The notes under the pieces are model-generated. The model was not told where the DNA came from. It saw nothing but the letters and a program-made list of their open reading frames with translations, and did not search any database. From positions 124,001-188,000 of IMG/VR virus record IMGVR_UViG_3300032242_002454: DNA of 64,000 nucleotides. The stretch is one strand, 5' to 3'. Shown in pieces: positions 39,189 to 48,915 of the stretch. Within the stretch, counting starts at the first letter, position 1, and every line of letters starts with the position of its first letter. Made by a program: the position numbers and the translations under genes.

Positions 39189-39216
39189 TTTTACATATCC
39201 GTCAAAGGAATGACCC

Positions 39217-39957
39217 ATGAAAAGCTTAATTTTTCTTCTGGGTATCTTTTTATTTTTTTCAAATTCTCTTGCTGGGACAATTGATCCCAATGTTGAAGAT
39301 TCTAAGTATGTGGAGTATGGAAACAAATTTAAACATACTGTCAGGATAATTTGTTATGACGATAATGGACAGGCGGCAGGTTCTGCTGTGATAGTTGATA
39401 ATAATTGGATAATAACAGCAGCTCATGTTGTAAAAAATATGAAAGATCATCACATTATTGTTGATGGTAAACAATATAATTTAGATTTTATTGTGTGTCA
39501 TGAAAAATATAGCGATAATGTTTTTGGATATTATGATATTGCAATAGGTCATATAGCTGAACAGGTGGATATGTCTCCTTATCCAGATCTTTATGAAGAA
39601 GAGGACGAAGTAGGAAAAGTGGCAGCTATTGCTGGTGTTGGGCTTACTGGAAATTTTAATACTGGAGTGACCATTTCTGATGGTAAAAAAAGAGCTGGTT
39701 CAAACTATATTAAAAAAATAGAAAGAGGAACACTAGTATGCGATGCTTCCAGGCCCAGTCAAAAAATAACAGAACTTGAGTATCTTATTTGTAGTGGAGA
39801 TAGTGGTGGAGGTCTTTTTATAGATGGAAAACTTGCTGGAATAAATTCTTCTGTATTGGGGTATGATGGTAAGCCAGACTCAACGTATGGAGATGAAAGT
39901 TGTCATACAAGAATTAGTATGTATATTCCATGGATTAGAAACATTATTAAGAAATAA
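39217..39957 (+). CDS. secreted trypsin-like serine protease (S1)
   Basis: Signal peptide; ITAAHV, DIAI, GDSGGG triad. Confidence 0.93.
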   Translation: MKSLIFLLGIFLFFSNSLAGTIDPNVEDSKYVEYGNKFKHTVRIICYDDNGQAAGSAVIVDNNWIITAAHVVKNMKDHHIIVDGKQYNLDFIVCHEKYSDNVFGYYDIAIGHIAEQVDMSPYPDLYEEEDEVGKVAAIAGVGLTGNFNTGVTISDGKKRAGSNYIKKIERGTLVCDASRPSQKITELEYLICSGDSGGGLFIDGKLAGINSSVLGYDGKPDSTYGDESCHTRISMYIPWIRNIIKK

Positions 39958-39959
39958 TT

Positions 39960-40889
39960 ATGTTAAAAAAGAAACAATGCAAGCTTTTACCGCACACAAG
40001 AAAAGATATTTATGGTTTATCGGTAGGATCTAGTCAGTTCCATAGCTGGCCCATTGATAAATTCTCAGTTCCTCAACAATGGAGACATTCTCAAGGAGAA
40101 GGTGTAACTGTAGCAGTAATAGATACTGGATGCGATTTAAATCACGAAGATATTAAAGACAATATTGTAGATGGTTATAATTTCATAAATCCAGATCAAC
40201 CCCCACAAGATGATAATGGTCACGGAACTCACGTTGCTGGTACAATAGCTGCCGTGAACAATGGTGTAGGCATGGTAGGAGTCGCTCCACAAGCCAAGAT
40301 CATGCCTATTAAAGCACTTGGAGCCGATGGGTCAGGAATTAATAAAAACGTCGCTGAAGCGATTGTGTGGGCTGCTGACCACGGAGCAGATTTGATAACT
40401 ATGTCTCTAGGTTCAGAATATCCATCCATTCAGATAGAAAAAGCTATAGAGTATGCTAAATATAAAAATGTAATTATATTTTGTGCGGCAGGCAATAGTG
40501 GAATAGAGTCTGGCATCCAATATCCTGCTAAGTATAATAATACTATTAGTGTTGGAGCAATAGATGAAAAATTAAATATTTGTACATTTAGTTGTTGTGG
40601 AGAAGAGCTTGACTTTTTAGCTCCGGGAGCAGATATTATTAGTGCTGTACCTGGAAATGCTTATGCTTCTATGTCTGGAACAAGCATGGCAACACCATTT
40701 GCCGTAGGTTGTGCTGCGTTGTTTCTATCTTTTGCCAAAAAAATTAAGTTCGCTATGCTAGAGAATATGCTTAAATCATCAGACGACTATGTGTCTGTTT
40801 TTGCTAAAAAAGCCATGAAGCTACATCAGCAAAATTATACAGGAATAAAGAAATATGAAGGCTATGGTATCATTAGACCCATACTCTAA
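39960..40889 (+). CDS. subtilisin-like serine protease (S8)
   Basis: VAVIDTG, NGHGTHVAG, AAGN, GTSMATP. Confidence 0.96.
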   Translation: MLKKKQCKLLPHTRKDIYGLSVGSSQFHSWPIDKFSVPQQWRHSQGEGVTVAVIDTGCDLNHEDIKDNIVDGYNFINPDQPPQDDNGHGTHVAGTIAAVNNGVGMVGVAPQAKIMPIKALGADGSGINKNVAEAIVWAADHGADLITMSLGSEYPSIQIEKAIEYAKYKNVIIFCAAGNSGIESGIQYPAKYNNTISVGAIDEKLNICTFSCCGEELDFLAPGADIISAVPGNAYASMSGTSMATPFAVGCAALFLSFAKKIKFAMLENMLKSSDDYVSVFAKKAMKLHQQNYTGIKKYEGYGIIRPIL

Positions 40890-40965
40890 CTTAATCACCC
40901 TCTGCATAAGATATAGTTTTTTCTGGGTGTTGTGTCAAGCAGAAAAACTTTTTATCCGTAACCAC

Positions 40966-40994
40966 TTGACTTGTTTCACGTTGTCTCGTATCAT
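40966..40994 (+). promoter_or_regulatory. probable sigma70-type promoter
   Basis: TTGACT-17-TATCAT upstream of 41020. Confidence 0.55.
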
Positions 40995-41019
40995 AAACTC
41001 TGAAAGGTGAGCAAAAGAA

Positions 41020-41651
41020 ATGAACGATTTTGATTTTGAAAAGCGAAAAGTAAATAGACGACAGAATATTGAGAAGAAAACTACTGATAAAAAATCTGAT
41101 CAATATCAAAATAGAGATTTGAATAAGGTTAAAAAGGAATTCAAGAAAGCCAAAGAAGAAATCAGACAGGATGAACTTTGGGATTATTGGGAAGATGAAA
41201 TATCTTGAAGAAATAAAACCTGGTCAATTATTTTCATATAAAGAGAATAGGTTTATTTTAACCTCTGACTTTACAAAGTCCAATAAGAGATCTTGTATAA
41301 GTTTGAATAATGGTTTTGTTAGCTGGTTGCCCGATAATACTGTGGTAGATCTTTTAGATCTCTACTATAGAGATCACGATGGAAATATTGTCGCGGTAAA
41401 GGAATATAAAAATGAGTATACTGAAAAAACTGAAAAATTTCATTAAGGCTTTATGGTTCCATATCGGTGCTGGATTACCAAAGTCATCTCAAGAAGAAAT
41501 CAATAAAAGATTTGCCATTTGCCAAAAGTGTGATTTGTTTGATAATAAGTCTAGTCAATGTCTAGCTTGTGGTTGCAATCTGAGTCAGAAAAGTATTTTT
41601 TTAAATAAGCTAGCATGGGCAGACCAGAAATGTCCAATTAATAAATGGTAA
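41020..41651 (+). other. three small ORFs (41020..41208; ~41197..41446; 41412..41651 Cys-rich zinc-binding)
   Basis: CQKC...CLACGC...CP in the last. Confidence 0.7.
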
Positions 41652-41655
41652 AATA

Positions 41656-42204
41656 ATGACAATCAAAACACACATTAATACCACATCTAATTTATATACC
41701 TTAGTTAAAAGACATAACCTCTTTGATGTTATCGACGAGAGAATTATGGCTGGGGTTAATGGTGGTACAGTTATTGTTCCACACGTTTGTAATAATGTTA
41801 ATGCTTTTGGCGCTGGGTTTGCAGGTCAAGTAGCAGATATTTATCCACAAGTAAAAGCTAACTTTCATATGCTTGGTCAGCAAGCTAAATTAGGACACAC
41901 CCAGTTCATTAATGTTAAATCAGACCAGAAATATCGTCATAGCATCATCTTTGGAAATATGATCGCTCAAAACAAACTGATCAATACAAATAATAAAAGA
42001 CCATTAAATTATGGAGCTTTAGTTTATTGTATGAATCAAGTCAGATCTTATGTAAAAGAATTGCAGAAAAATTCAGAAAACTCTAGAGTAGAAATACATG
42101 CTCCTAAATTTGGGAGTGGTTTAGCTGGGGGTAACTGGAATTTTATTGAAGAACTAATTAGAGATATTTGGTACGATTGCGAGGTCTTTGTTTATTCAAA
42201 GTGA
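41656..42204 (+). CDS. macro-domain (ADP-ribose-binding/processing) protein
   Basis: HVCNNVNAFGAGFA, NMIAQ, PKFGSGLAGGNW. Confidence 0.88.
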   Translation: MTIKTHINTTSNLYTLVKRHNLFDVIDERIMAGVNGGTVIVPHVCNNVNAFGAGFAGQVADIYPQVKANFHMLGQQAKLGHTQFINVKSDQKYRHSIIFGNMIAQNKLINTNNKRPLNYGALVYCMNQVRSYVKELQKNSENSRVEIHAPKFGSGLAGGNWNFIEELIRDIWYDCEVFVYSK

Positions 42205-42363
42205 AACTATGGACAATAATCAATATTTGTATTTTTTATATCTAGCATGTGGAATCTATGGATTATGTCAGGGTCTATTTACCCCTGACCGTTCTTCATC
42301 AGGTTCTAAACCAGATAATATACTTGAGTACTTATTTCCACCCGGTTCAAAAAAGTAATATTT

Positions 42364-42903
42364 ATGTCTTCTTTTGGCAGATTAAATGGACAAAGAGTTT
42401 ATCTGGCTGGTGCTATGGATAGAGTACCAGATAGAGGTGCAACTTGGAGAGATAATATAACTCCATTTTTACAAAATCTAGGAATAGAAGTCTTTAATCC
42501 TATTAGTAAGCCATCTAATATAGGATTAGAAGATTGTGATGTTCATCAAATTAAGACTAAACTAAAAGAAAAAGAAAATTATGATGAACTATCATCTATG
42601 ATGAAAACTATTAGGGCAGTTGATTTACGTCTAGTAGACATCAGTGATTTTTTAGTAGTTAATATGAATTTAGATATTCATCCTTGTGGAACATATGAAG
42701 AAATATTCTGGGCTAATAGACAAAAGAAACCCATACTTATTCATATGGAACAGGGGAAAAAATATTCTCCTGACTGGTTGTTTGGAACCATTCCACATCA
42801 AATGATTTTCTCTGCATGGGATGAAATAAAATCTTATCTATTGCATATTAATGTATCAGAAAATATAGATACTCATAAAAGATGGTATTTCTTTAACACA
42901 TAG
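42364..42903 (+). CDS. nucleoside 2-deoxyribosyltransferase-like protein
   Basis: VYLAGAM, VFNP, DLRLVDISD, GTYEEIFWA. Confidence 0.8.
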   Translation: MSSFGRLNGQRVYLAGAMDRVPDRGATWRDNITPFLQNLGIEVFNPISKPSNIGLEDCDVHQIKTKLKEKENYDELSSMMKTIRAVDLRLVDISDFLVVNMNLDIHPCGTYEEIFWANRQKKPILIHMEQGKKYSPDWLFGTIPHQMIFSAWDEIKSYLLHINVSENIDTHKRWYFFNT

Positions 42904-42910
42904 GCTAACA

Positions 42911-43117
42911 ATGCCAAAATATTATGTGCAAACTGGACAAATGAAATATGTTGTTGATAAGCCAAACTCTGATGAGGCAATAATATGTACGTTGAAACAC
43001 TTTAAAGGTAAAGGACTAGTTACTCACTCAAAAATATGCATTAGTGAATTTGGGTGGGGAAAAAGATTAAAGTGTTATGATACCGATGAATTTTTGAAAG
43101 AAATCAATAATGAATAA
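42911..43117 (+). CDS. hypothetical protein
   Basis: ORF track. Confidence 0.6.
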   Translation: MPKYYVQTGQMKYVVDKPNSDEAIICTLKHFKGKGLVTHSKICISEFGWGKRLKCYDTDEFLKEINNE

Positions 43118-43574
43118 ACATACTATTAGACCAGATGATCCAGAAAAACTAAACTACTTACCTCCTACTAAAATTATAGTCGGAGATTCGCTTGTTCATG
43201 GTAGGGGAGTTTTCGCTACCAGCAAAATCTATAAAGGAGAAATAATTGAACGATGTCCTTTGATAGAAATGGAATATAGATCTAAATACCAATTAGATCC
43301 TATTATTTTTGGTTATATGTATGCACAACCACCATGTAATTGTGAAGATTGTGAAAAACATGGATTCGTTTTCCACATGGTTCTTGGTTATGGTATGATA
43401 TATAATCATCAAGACCAACCTAATGCCTTGTGGAAATTTAATTATTCTCAATTACTATCAGATGTTATTGCTACAAAAGATATTAATAAAGATGATGAAA
43501 TTTTTGTAAGTTATGGTAATTGTTATTTTGATTCAGAAGGTATAGAGACAGGAAAAACTAAGGTTATCAAATGA
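43110..43574 (+). CDS. SET-domain protein (copy 1)
   Basis: HGRGVFA, YNHQDQPN, EIFVSY. Confidence 0.9.
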   Translation: MNKHTIRPDDPEKLNYLPPTKIIVGDSLVHGRGVFATSKIYKGEIIERCPLIEMEYRSKYQLDPIIFGYMYAQPPCNCEDCEKHGFVFHMVLGYGMIYNHQDQPNALWKFNYSQLLSDVIATKDINKDDEIFVSYGNCYFDSEGIETGKTKVIK

Positions 43575-44005
43575 GTATAGATTTTTTACAAGATTTTCCT
43601 ATTAAAGTAGGACTATCTGCCATAGAGGGTAGAGGTATCTTTTCTACTAAAGAAATTAAAGAAGGAGATCTTATAGAAAGATGCCCTATGGTTCCTTTGG
43701 CTTTTAGATCTAGATATCATTCAGATCCTCAAATATATAAGTATTTGTATTCTCAACCAACTTGTCCATGTAATGAATGCAAGGTTCATGGTTTTAAATT
43801 TTATATGGTATTAGGATATGGAATGCTTTATAATCATCAAGATGATCCTAACACAGAATGGCAATTTGATTTTCCTAATCTAGTAGCAGACATTATGGCT
43901 ATAAAAAATATTCCAGCAGGAAATGAAATTTTTGTAGATTATGGCACCAAATATTTTAATGATCAACCAAAAATAGAAAATAAAGATAATGCAAAAAATA
44001 ATTAA
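43571..44005 (+). CDS. SET-domain protein (copy 2)
   Basis: EGRGIFS, YNHQDDPN, EIFVDY. Confidence 0.9.
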   Translation: MSIDFLQDFPIKVGLSAIEGRGIFSTKEIKEGDLIERCPMVPLAFRSRYHSDPQIYKYLYSQPTCPCNECKVHGFKFYMVLGYGMLYNHQDDPNTEWQFDFPNLVADIMAIKNIPAGNEIFVDYGTKYFNDQPKIENKDNAKNN

Positions 44006-45113
44006 TGAAATTAAGCTTGATTTTGATGATGTTCTTATCAAACCCAAAAGATCAGCTTTAAATAGTAGATCTGAGGTAACTTTAGTTAGAGAATTTAATT
44101 TTTCTAATTCAACAAGAAAATTGTCTTGTGTGCCAATTATGGTGGCTAATATGGATACTACTGGAACTTTTAGTATGACTGATCCAGTCTGTTCAGCACA
44201 GAGCATAGTGTGTTTACACAAGCATTATTCTATAGAACAGTTGACATCTTTTTATTCTACTGATACTAATATAGATAAAGATCTTGTTTTTTATTCTACG
44301 GGAACGTCTGCAAAAGATCTTGAAAAACTAAAAGAGGTTTTTAACTCATTACTTTATATAGGCAAAAAAGTTCCTAATGTTTGTATTGATGTTGCAAATG
44401 GTTATAGTGAAAAATTTGTAAAAATAACCAGTCATATTCGTGGACTATATCCAGATATTGTAATTATGGCTGGCAATGTAGTAACCCCAGAAATGGTTGA
44501 AGAATTAATACTCCATGGCAGAGTGGATATTGTTAAAGTAGGAATAGGATCAGGCTCAGTCTGCACTACTAGACTAAAAACTGGAATAGGCTATCCTCAA
44601 TTGGCAGCAGTAATGGAATGTACCGATGCTGCTCATGGATTAGGTGGTCATATTTGTTCTGATGGTGGATGCAAGATAGTTGGAGATGTTTGTAAAGCAT
44701 TTGGTGCTAATGCAGATTTTGTAATGCTAGGTAGTATGTTTGCTGGTACTGATGAATGTGAAGGAGAATGGGAATATGAGTTTAAATGTAAAAGAGCTGG
44801 CTTAACATCTGAATTTTGGCAACCATTTAACCCCGGTTATGAAACAGAAAAGAAAAAAACTAAACTTAAGTTCTATGGTATGAGTTCTAAAAACGCTATG
44901 GATAAATATCATAATGGGATTGCAAACTATAGAACTAGCGAGGGAAAATGCGTTACTATTCCTTACAAAGACAAAGCAGAAGTAATCCTACAAGATATTC
45001 TTGGTGGTATTAGAAGCGCTTGCACTTACGTAGGAGCTTCTAAAATTAAGGATTTTGGCAAAAAAACTACTTTTATTCAGGTTAACAATACTCATAATAG
45101 GATTTTTGAATGA
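43989..45113 (+). CDS. guaC: GMP reductase
   Basis: LDFDDVLIKP, ANMD, DVANG, AGNV, GIGSGSVCTTR, SDGG, GSMFAG, FYGMSS. Confidence 0.93.
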   Translation: MQKIINEIKLDFDDVLIKPKRSALNSRSEVTLVREFNFSNSTRKLSCVPIMVANMDTTGTFSMTDPVCSAQSIVCLHKHYSIEQLTSFYSTDTNIDKDLVFYSTGTSAKDLEKLKEVFNSLLYIGKKVPNVCIDVANGYSEKFVKITSHIRGLYPDIVIMAGNVVTPEMVEELILHGRVDIVKVGIGSGSVCTTRLKTGIGYPQLAAVMECTDAAHGLGGHICSDGGCKIVGDVCKAFGANADFVMLGSMFAGTDECEGEWEYEFKCKRAGLTSEFWQPFNPGYETEKKKTKLKFYGMSSKNAMDKYHNGIANYRTSEGKCVTIPYKDKAEVILQDILGGIRSACTYVGASKIKDFGKKTTFIQVNNTHNRIFE

Positions 45114-46174
45114 ATATTAATTTATATGCTCCAATAGGAGTAACAGGCTATGGTAATGTGGCCTTTAATTTACTGAAACAGCTTGTTAAACAAGATCATA
45201 ATGTTTGCTTAACTCCAATGGGCAATCCAAAAGTAGAATCAGAGGAAGATTTAAATTTAATCCACCACGCTGTTGGTTTGGGCTCAAGTATTGATTATAA
45301 TGCTGCTTGTATTAAAATTTGGCATCAATTCGATTTACTAACTAGATCTGGTAATGGAAAATATTTAGCATATCCTTTTTTTGAAATAGACACTTTTAAT
45401 ACTCTAGAAAAGCATCATTTAGGATTTCCAGATCAATTAATAGCTAGTAGTGAATGGGCTAAGAATGTTTTATTAGATAATGGCATTAAACAAGAAATTG
45501 GTATTGTACATTTGGGTGTTGATAATACTATTTTTTATCCTAGAGAATTGACAACAAAAAGACCTCAAAATTTTATTTTTATCACAATAGGAAAGTGGGA
45601 AGTTCGCAAGTCGCACGATGTTATTATAGAATGTTTTAATAAAGCATTTTCTAATCAAGATAATGTTGAGCTTTGGATGGTCACACATAATCCATTTTTG
45701 AATGAAACACAAGAAAAAGAATGGTTATCATTAGTTAATATCTCAAATCTTAAAAACAAAATTAAAGTTTTCCCAAGATTACCTAGTCAAGAAAATTTAG
45801 CAGAAGTTTTGTCCTACGCTGACTGTGGATTATATGTTTCCAGAGCGGAAGGATGGAATTTAGAAATACTTGAAACTATGGCAATGAATAAACCAGTTAT
45901 AGTAACAAATTATTCTGCCCATACAGAATATTGTAATTCAAAAAATTCTTATTTGGTCGATATATCAGATAAAGAATTAGCTAATGATGGTAAATGGTTT
46001 CATGGAGAGGGTAATTGGGCTAAGATTGGCGAAAAAGAAAAAGATCAAATTATTGAACACATGAGATATGTGTATTCCAATAAAATTAACACCAATCCAG
46101 AAGGTATACAAACAGCACAAAATTTTACTTGGGAAAATTCGGCCAAGCAATTAGTTAGGTGTATAGAAAAATAA
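45110..46174 (+). CDS. glycosyltransferase, GT-B fold (GT4-like)
   Basis: GKWEVRK, SRAEGWNLEILETMAMNKPVI. Confidence 0.88.
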   Translation: MNINLYAPIGVTGYGNVAFNLLKQLVKQDHNVCLTPMGNPKVESEEDLNLIHHAVGLGSSIDYNAACIKIWHQFDLLTRSGNGKYLAYPFFEIDTFNTLEKHHLGFPDQLIASSEWAKNVLLDNGIKQEIGIVHLGVDNTIFYPRELTTKRPQNFIFITIGKWEVRKSHDVIIECFNKAFSNQDNVELWMVTHNPFLNETQEKEWLSLVNISNLKNKIKVFPRLPSQENLAEVLSYADCGLYVSRAEGWNLEILETMAMNKPVIVTNYSAHTEYCNSKNSYLVDISDKELANDGKWFHGEGNWAKIGEKEKDQIIEHMRYVYSNKINTNPEGIQTAQNFTWENSAKQLVRCIEK

Positions 46175-46185
46175 GGAGAAATACT

Positions 46186-46752
46186 ATGCCAATTCCTGAT
46201 CCACATCAAAATGAAGATAAAGATAAATTTGTATCTCGCTGTATGTCTAGTGAGATAATGAAAAAAGAGTATCCTGATAGCAAGCAAAGAGTTGCTATTT
46301 GTTTATCTCAAACTAAAAAAGATAAACATGCTAAAAATCAATTACTAGAAGATGTTCAAGACAATTTAGCTTATCTAAGAGCTGAATATGATAATGAATG
46401 GGATGAATTTACTCAAGAAATTGTTCCAGAAATAATCTATGAAGATAATGATGAACAGATCATAGCTAAAGAAAATAATAAAAACAATAAAAACAATAAA
46501 AAAGTAACATTGAATAAACCTTTTCGCACCCCAAGTGGTCCCAAAAAGTTTTCTGTGTATGTTAAAAATGAAAAAGGTAATGTTGTAAAAGTAAACTTCG
46601 GTGATCCAAATATGGAAATTAAAAGAGACGATCCAGAAAGAAGGAAGTCTTATAGAGCAAGGCATAACTGTGATAATCCTGGACCAAAATGGAAAGCAGA
46701 ATATTGGTCTTGTAAAATGTGGTCAAAAACTAATGTCTCAGATTTAACATAA
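46186..46752 (+). CDS. hypothetical protein with conserved phage modules
   Basis: PIPDPHQNEDKDKFVSRCM and KVNFGDPNM...RRKSYRARHNC...YWSC modules. Confidence 0.7.
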   Translation: MPIPDPHQNEDKDKFVSRCMSSEIMKKEYPDSKQRVAICLSQTKKDKHAKNQLLEDVQDNLAYLRAEYDNEWDEFTQEIVPEIIYEDNDEQIIAKENNKNNKNNKKVTLNKPFRTPSGPKKFSVYVKNEKGNVVKVNFGDPNMEIKRDDPERRKSYRARHNCDNPGPKWKAEYWSCKMWSKTNVSDLT

Positions 46753-46761
46753 GGAATCAAT

Positions 46762-47352
46762 ATGTCAAAAGATCATCATAGTATTTCAGAACTATTAAAA
46801 GAACAAGAATCTAAGTTATCCATCAAAGAAAAGGCAAAAATTATGGCAGATCATATAGAATTATTATCCGATAAAGATGCACAAAATTATATCAATGATA
46901 ATGTAGTAGATCTACTAAAAAAGTCTTTAAATATTCATTGGCAACAGACTACCGCTTTATCCGCACAAGCTGTTCATCTTGAAAGATGGGGATATGCTAA
47001 ATTAGCCGAAGTTGTTAAAGCAGATGCTTTACAAGAACATCAACACGCCATGATTAATCTTACAAGATTAGAATTTTTTGATGCAGACTATCAACCGCTC
47101 ATTGTTCAACCAAAGACATGGAAAAGACACGATATGATAGATATGATAAAATATAATCTAGAGTCTGTCCAAGAGGCATCAAAAGCTGAACGAGCAACTA
47201 TTTCTGCTGCTAGAGCAGTTGGTGATGAAATTACTGCTAATATAATGATACCTCTACTTCAAGGCAGCGAAGATGGCATTATACTATATAGTGGTTTCTT
47301 AAAACTTATTGAACAAATGGGGCTAGACAACTTCCTCTCTATTCAAGCATAA
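46762..47352 (+). CDS. bacterioferritin-like protein, degenerate ferroxidase centre
   Basis: HLERWGYAKLA...QEHQHA...RLEFFD; LIEQMGLDNFL C-terminus matches Bfr. Confidence 0.8.
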   Translation: MSKDHHSISELLKEQESKLSIKEKAKIMADHIELLSDKDAQNYINDNVVDLLKKSLNIHWQQTTALSAQAVHLERWGYAKLAEVVKADALQEHQHAMINLTRLEFFDADYQPLIVQPKTWKRHDMIDMIKYNLESVQEASKAERATISAARAVGDEITANIMIPLLQGSEDGIILYSGFLKLIEQMGLDNFLSIQA

Positions 47353-47361
47353 AGATTAATA

Positions 47362-48288
47362 ATGAATAATTTTCATAAAATATTACTAAATATAGAGCAA
47401 GCAATAGCTGCACAAAAAACATATGATGGCAAAAAAAGAAGTGATCTGAAAGACAGTGATTTCCTTTTTCCAGAAACACAATCATTTCCAATCGTATCTC
47501 CAACAGATGTAAAAGATGCTATTAGTAATTATGGAAGAATGAGTGAAAAAATAACTTATGATGCTTTTTTAAGGAAACTTTATAATTTTTGTAAGAAAAA
47601 AGGTTCAGAATTTGTAGCAGCACTACCTGATGCTAGTAAAGAAAAATTAGGCATTAAAAGTAATGCTGATGATGTTTTTGATTTAATAACATCTCCACCA
47701 GAAAATTTATCTGAGGATGAAGAAAATTCTTCTATAGTAGAAAATGAAGAAACTATAAAAGAATTATATGATATGTCTCTTTCTTCCATAAAGTCCATCA
47801 ATGTACATGTACAGGGAATTTTAAATGCTATTGACAATAACAACATGGACGTAAAAGACAATTTGACAGAAGCTTGGCTTCAGGGTAAAATCGCCATAGT
47901 TGCTGACTATGTTAGACAAATACATGATTTTCTCATGTTTTCTCAGGATTCTGACGATATTGAAAATAGCGATACTACAGCGAATAAAGCTATTAAGAAA
48001 AAAAAGAAAATCCAACCATCATTTTTACATAATTTTCCATTTTTACATTTTAGCGCACCCATTACAACTAATGAAGAATCTCAAGAAAATGAGAATAATG
48101 AAACAGAAGAAATGCCTGAAACCTCAGAACCATCCACCATTTCTAAAACAGGACTATGGGATAATATTCGTAAAAAGAAAGAAAGAGAAGGCAAGAATTA
48201 TAAACCAGCTAAACCTGGAGATAAAGATAGACCAGATCCAAAAACTTGGAAAAAGTTAATCGACGAAGAAAATAAGAAGAAGAACTAA
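47362..48288 (+). CDS. multi-module hypothetical protein
   Basis: SDLKDSDFLFP module; GLWDNIRKKKER...RPD module; acidic linkers. Confidence 0.7.
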   Translation: MNNFHKILLNIEQAIAAQKTYDGKKRSDLKDSDFLFPETQSFPIVSPTDVKDAISNYGRMSEKITYDAFLRKLYNFCKKKGSEFVAALPDASKEKLGIKSNADDVFDLITSPPENLSEDEENSSIVENEETIKELYDMSLSSIKSINVHVQGILNAIDNNNMDVKDNLTEAWLQGKIAIVADYVRQIHDFLMFSQDSDDIENSDTTANKAIKKKKKIQPSFLHNFPFLHFSAPITTNEESQENENNETEEMPETSEPSTISKTGLWDNIRKKKEREGKNYKPAKPGDKDRPDPKTWKKLIDEENKKKN

Positions 48289-48333
48289 TTAAATAGTTCG
48301 GATATTAGGAATCTAACTTAAAGGAAATAAATA

Positions 48334-48915
48334 ATGGAAAAAGAATTCGACAGTCTGTCTGCGTATATTACTTTAGCTAAAAAAATTATATCCAAGTTTG
48401 CTCCAACATTTTATAGTAATCTTCGTCAAGAATTACTATCTAATGAGGATGCTATAGCAGATATAGCTTCTGCTATTATGATTGGAGATTGGAGATGGGA
48501 TGAAAATAGATCAGGCTTTAATGGCAAGTCCAAGACTAAATATTCCTATAGAAATCAATGTGGTATTTGGGCGATTAAAACCTATCTTTCTAATAAATAT
48601 AGAAAGTGCAATACTCATTATTCTATAGATGCCACAGATGTCAATGATGTTAATTTTTCAGATAATATTAGTGATAAAGAAGAGTATGATCCTTCTCTTT
48701 TGGCTGAGAAAGAAGAATACAATGATGCTCTAAAATCTAATATAAATAACATTCTTAGTTGTGGTATTATTTCTGATAAGCAAAGAGATCAGATTAAACA
48801 GTATTATTTTGAAGAAAAAACACTGTCAGAGATCGGTAGAGATTTTGGAGTAACAAGAGAAGCAGTTAGACAAAATATTCAGAAGGGTCTTTCTAAAATC
48901 AGAGAATATGTATAA
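48334..48915 (+). CDS. RNA polymerase sigma factor (sigma70 family, regions 2+4)
   Basis: Region 4 HTH KTLSEIGRDFGVTREAVRQNIQKGLSKIR; region-2-like WDENR...KYSYRNQCGIWAI. Confidence 0.82.
   Translation: MEKEFDSLSAYITLAKKIISKFAPTFYSNLRQELLSNEDAIADIASAIMIGDWRWDENRSGFNGKSKTKYSYRNQCGIWAIKTYLSNKYRKCNTHYSIDATDVNDVNFSDNISDKEEYDPSLLAEKEEYNDALKSNINNILSCGIISDKQRDQIKQYYFEEKTLSEIGRDFGVTREAVRQNIQKGLSKIREYV

Noticed and set aside
40910-40949. Antisense promoter (TTGACA on the minus strand at 40933..40938) inside an inverted repeat
   Set aside because: The -10 match is poor at 16-18 bp spacing and there is no credible minus-strand gene; the TTTTTCTG/CAGAAAAA repeat may be a weak terminator but its loop is long
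42268-42292. GTCAGGG/CCCTGAC hairpin
   Set aside because: Lies within a probable ~48-aa ORF and lacks a U-tract; no independent support
46473-46500. AATAATAAAAACAATAAAAACAATAAA microrepeat as a phase-variation site
   Set aside because: 9-bp in-frame unit encoding NKN; it would not shift frame and looks like a low-complexity linker
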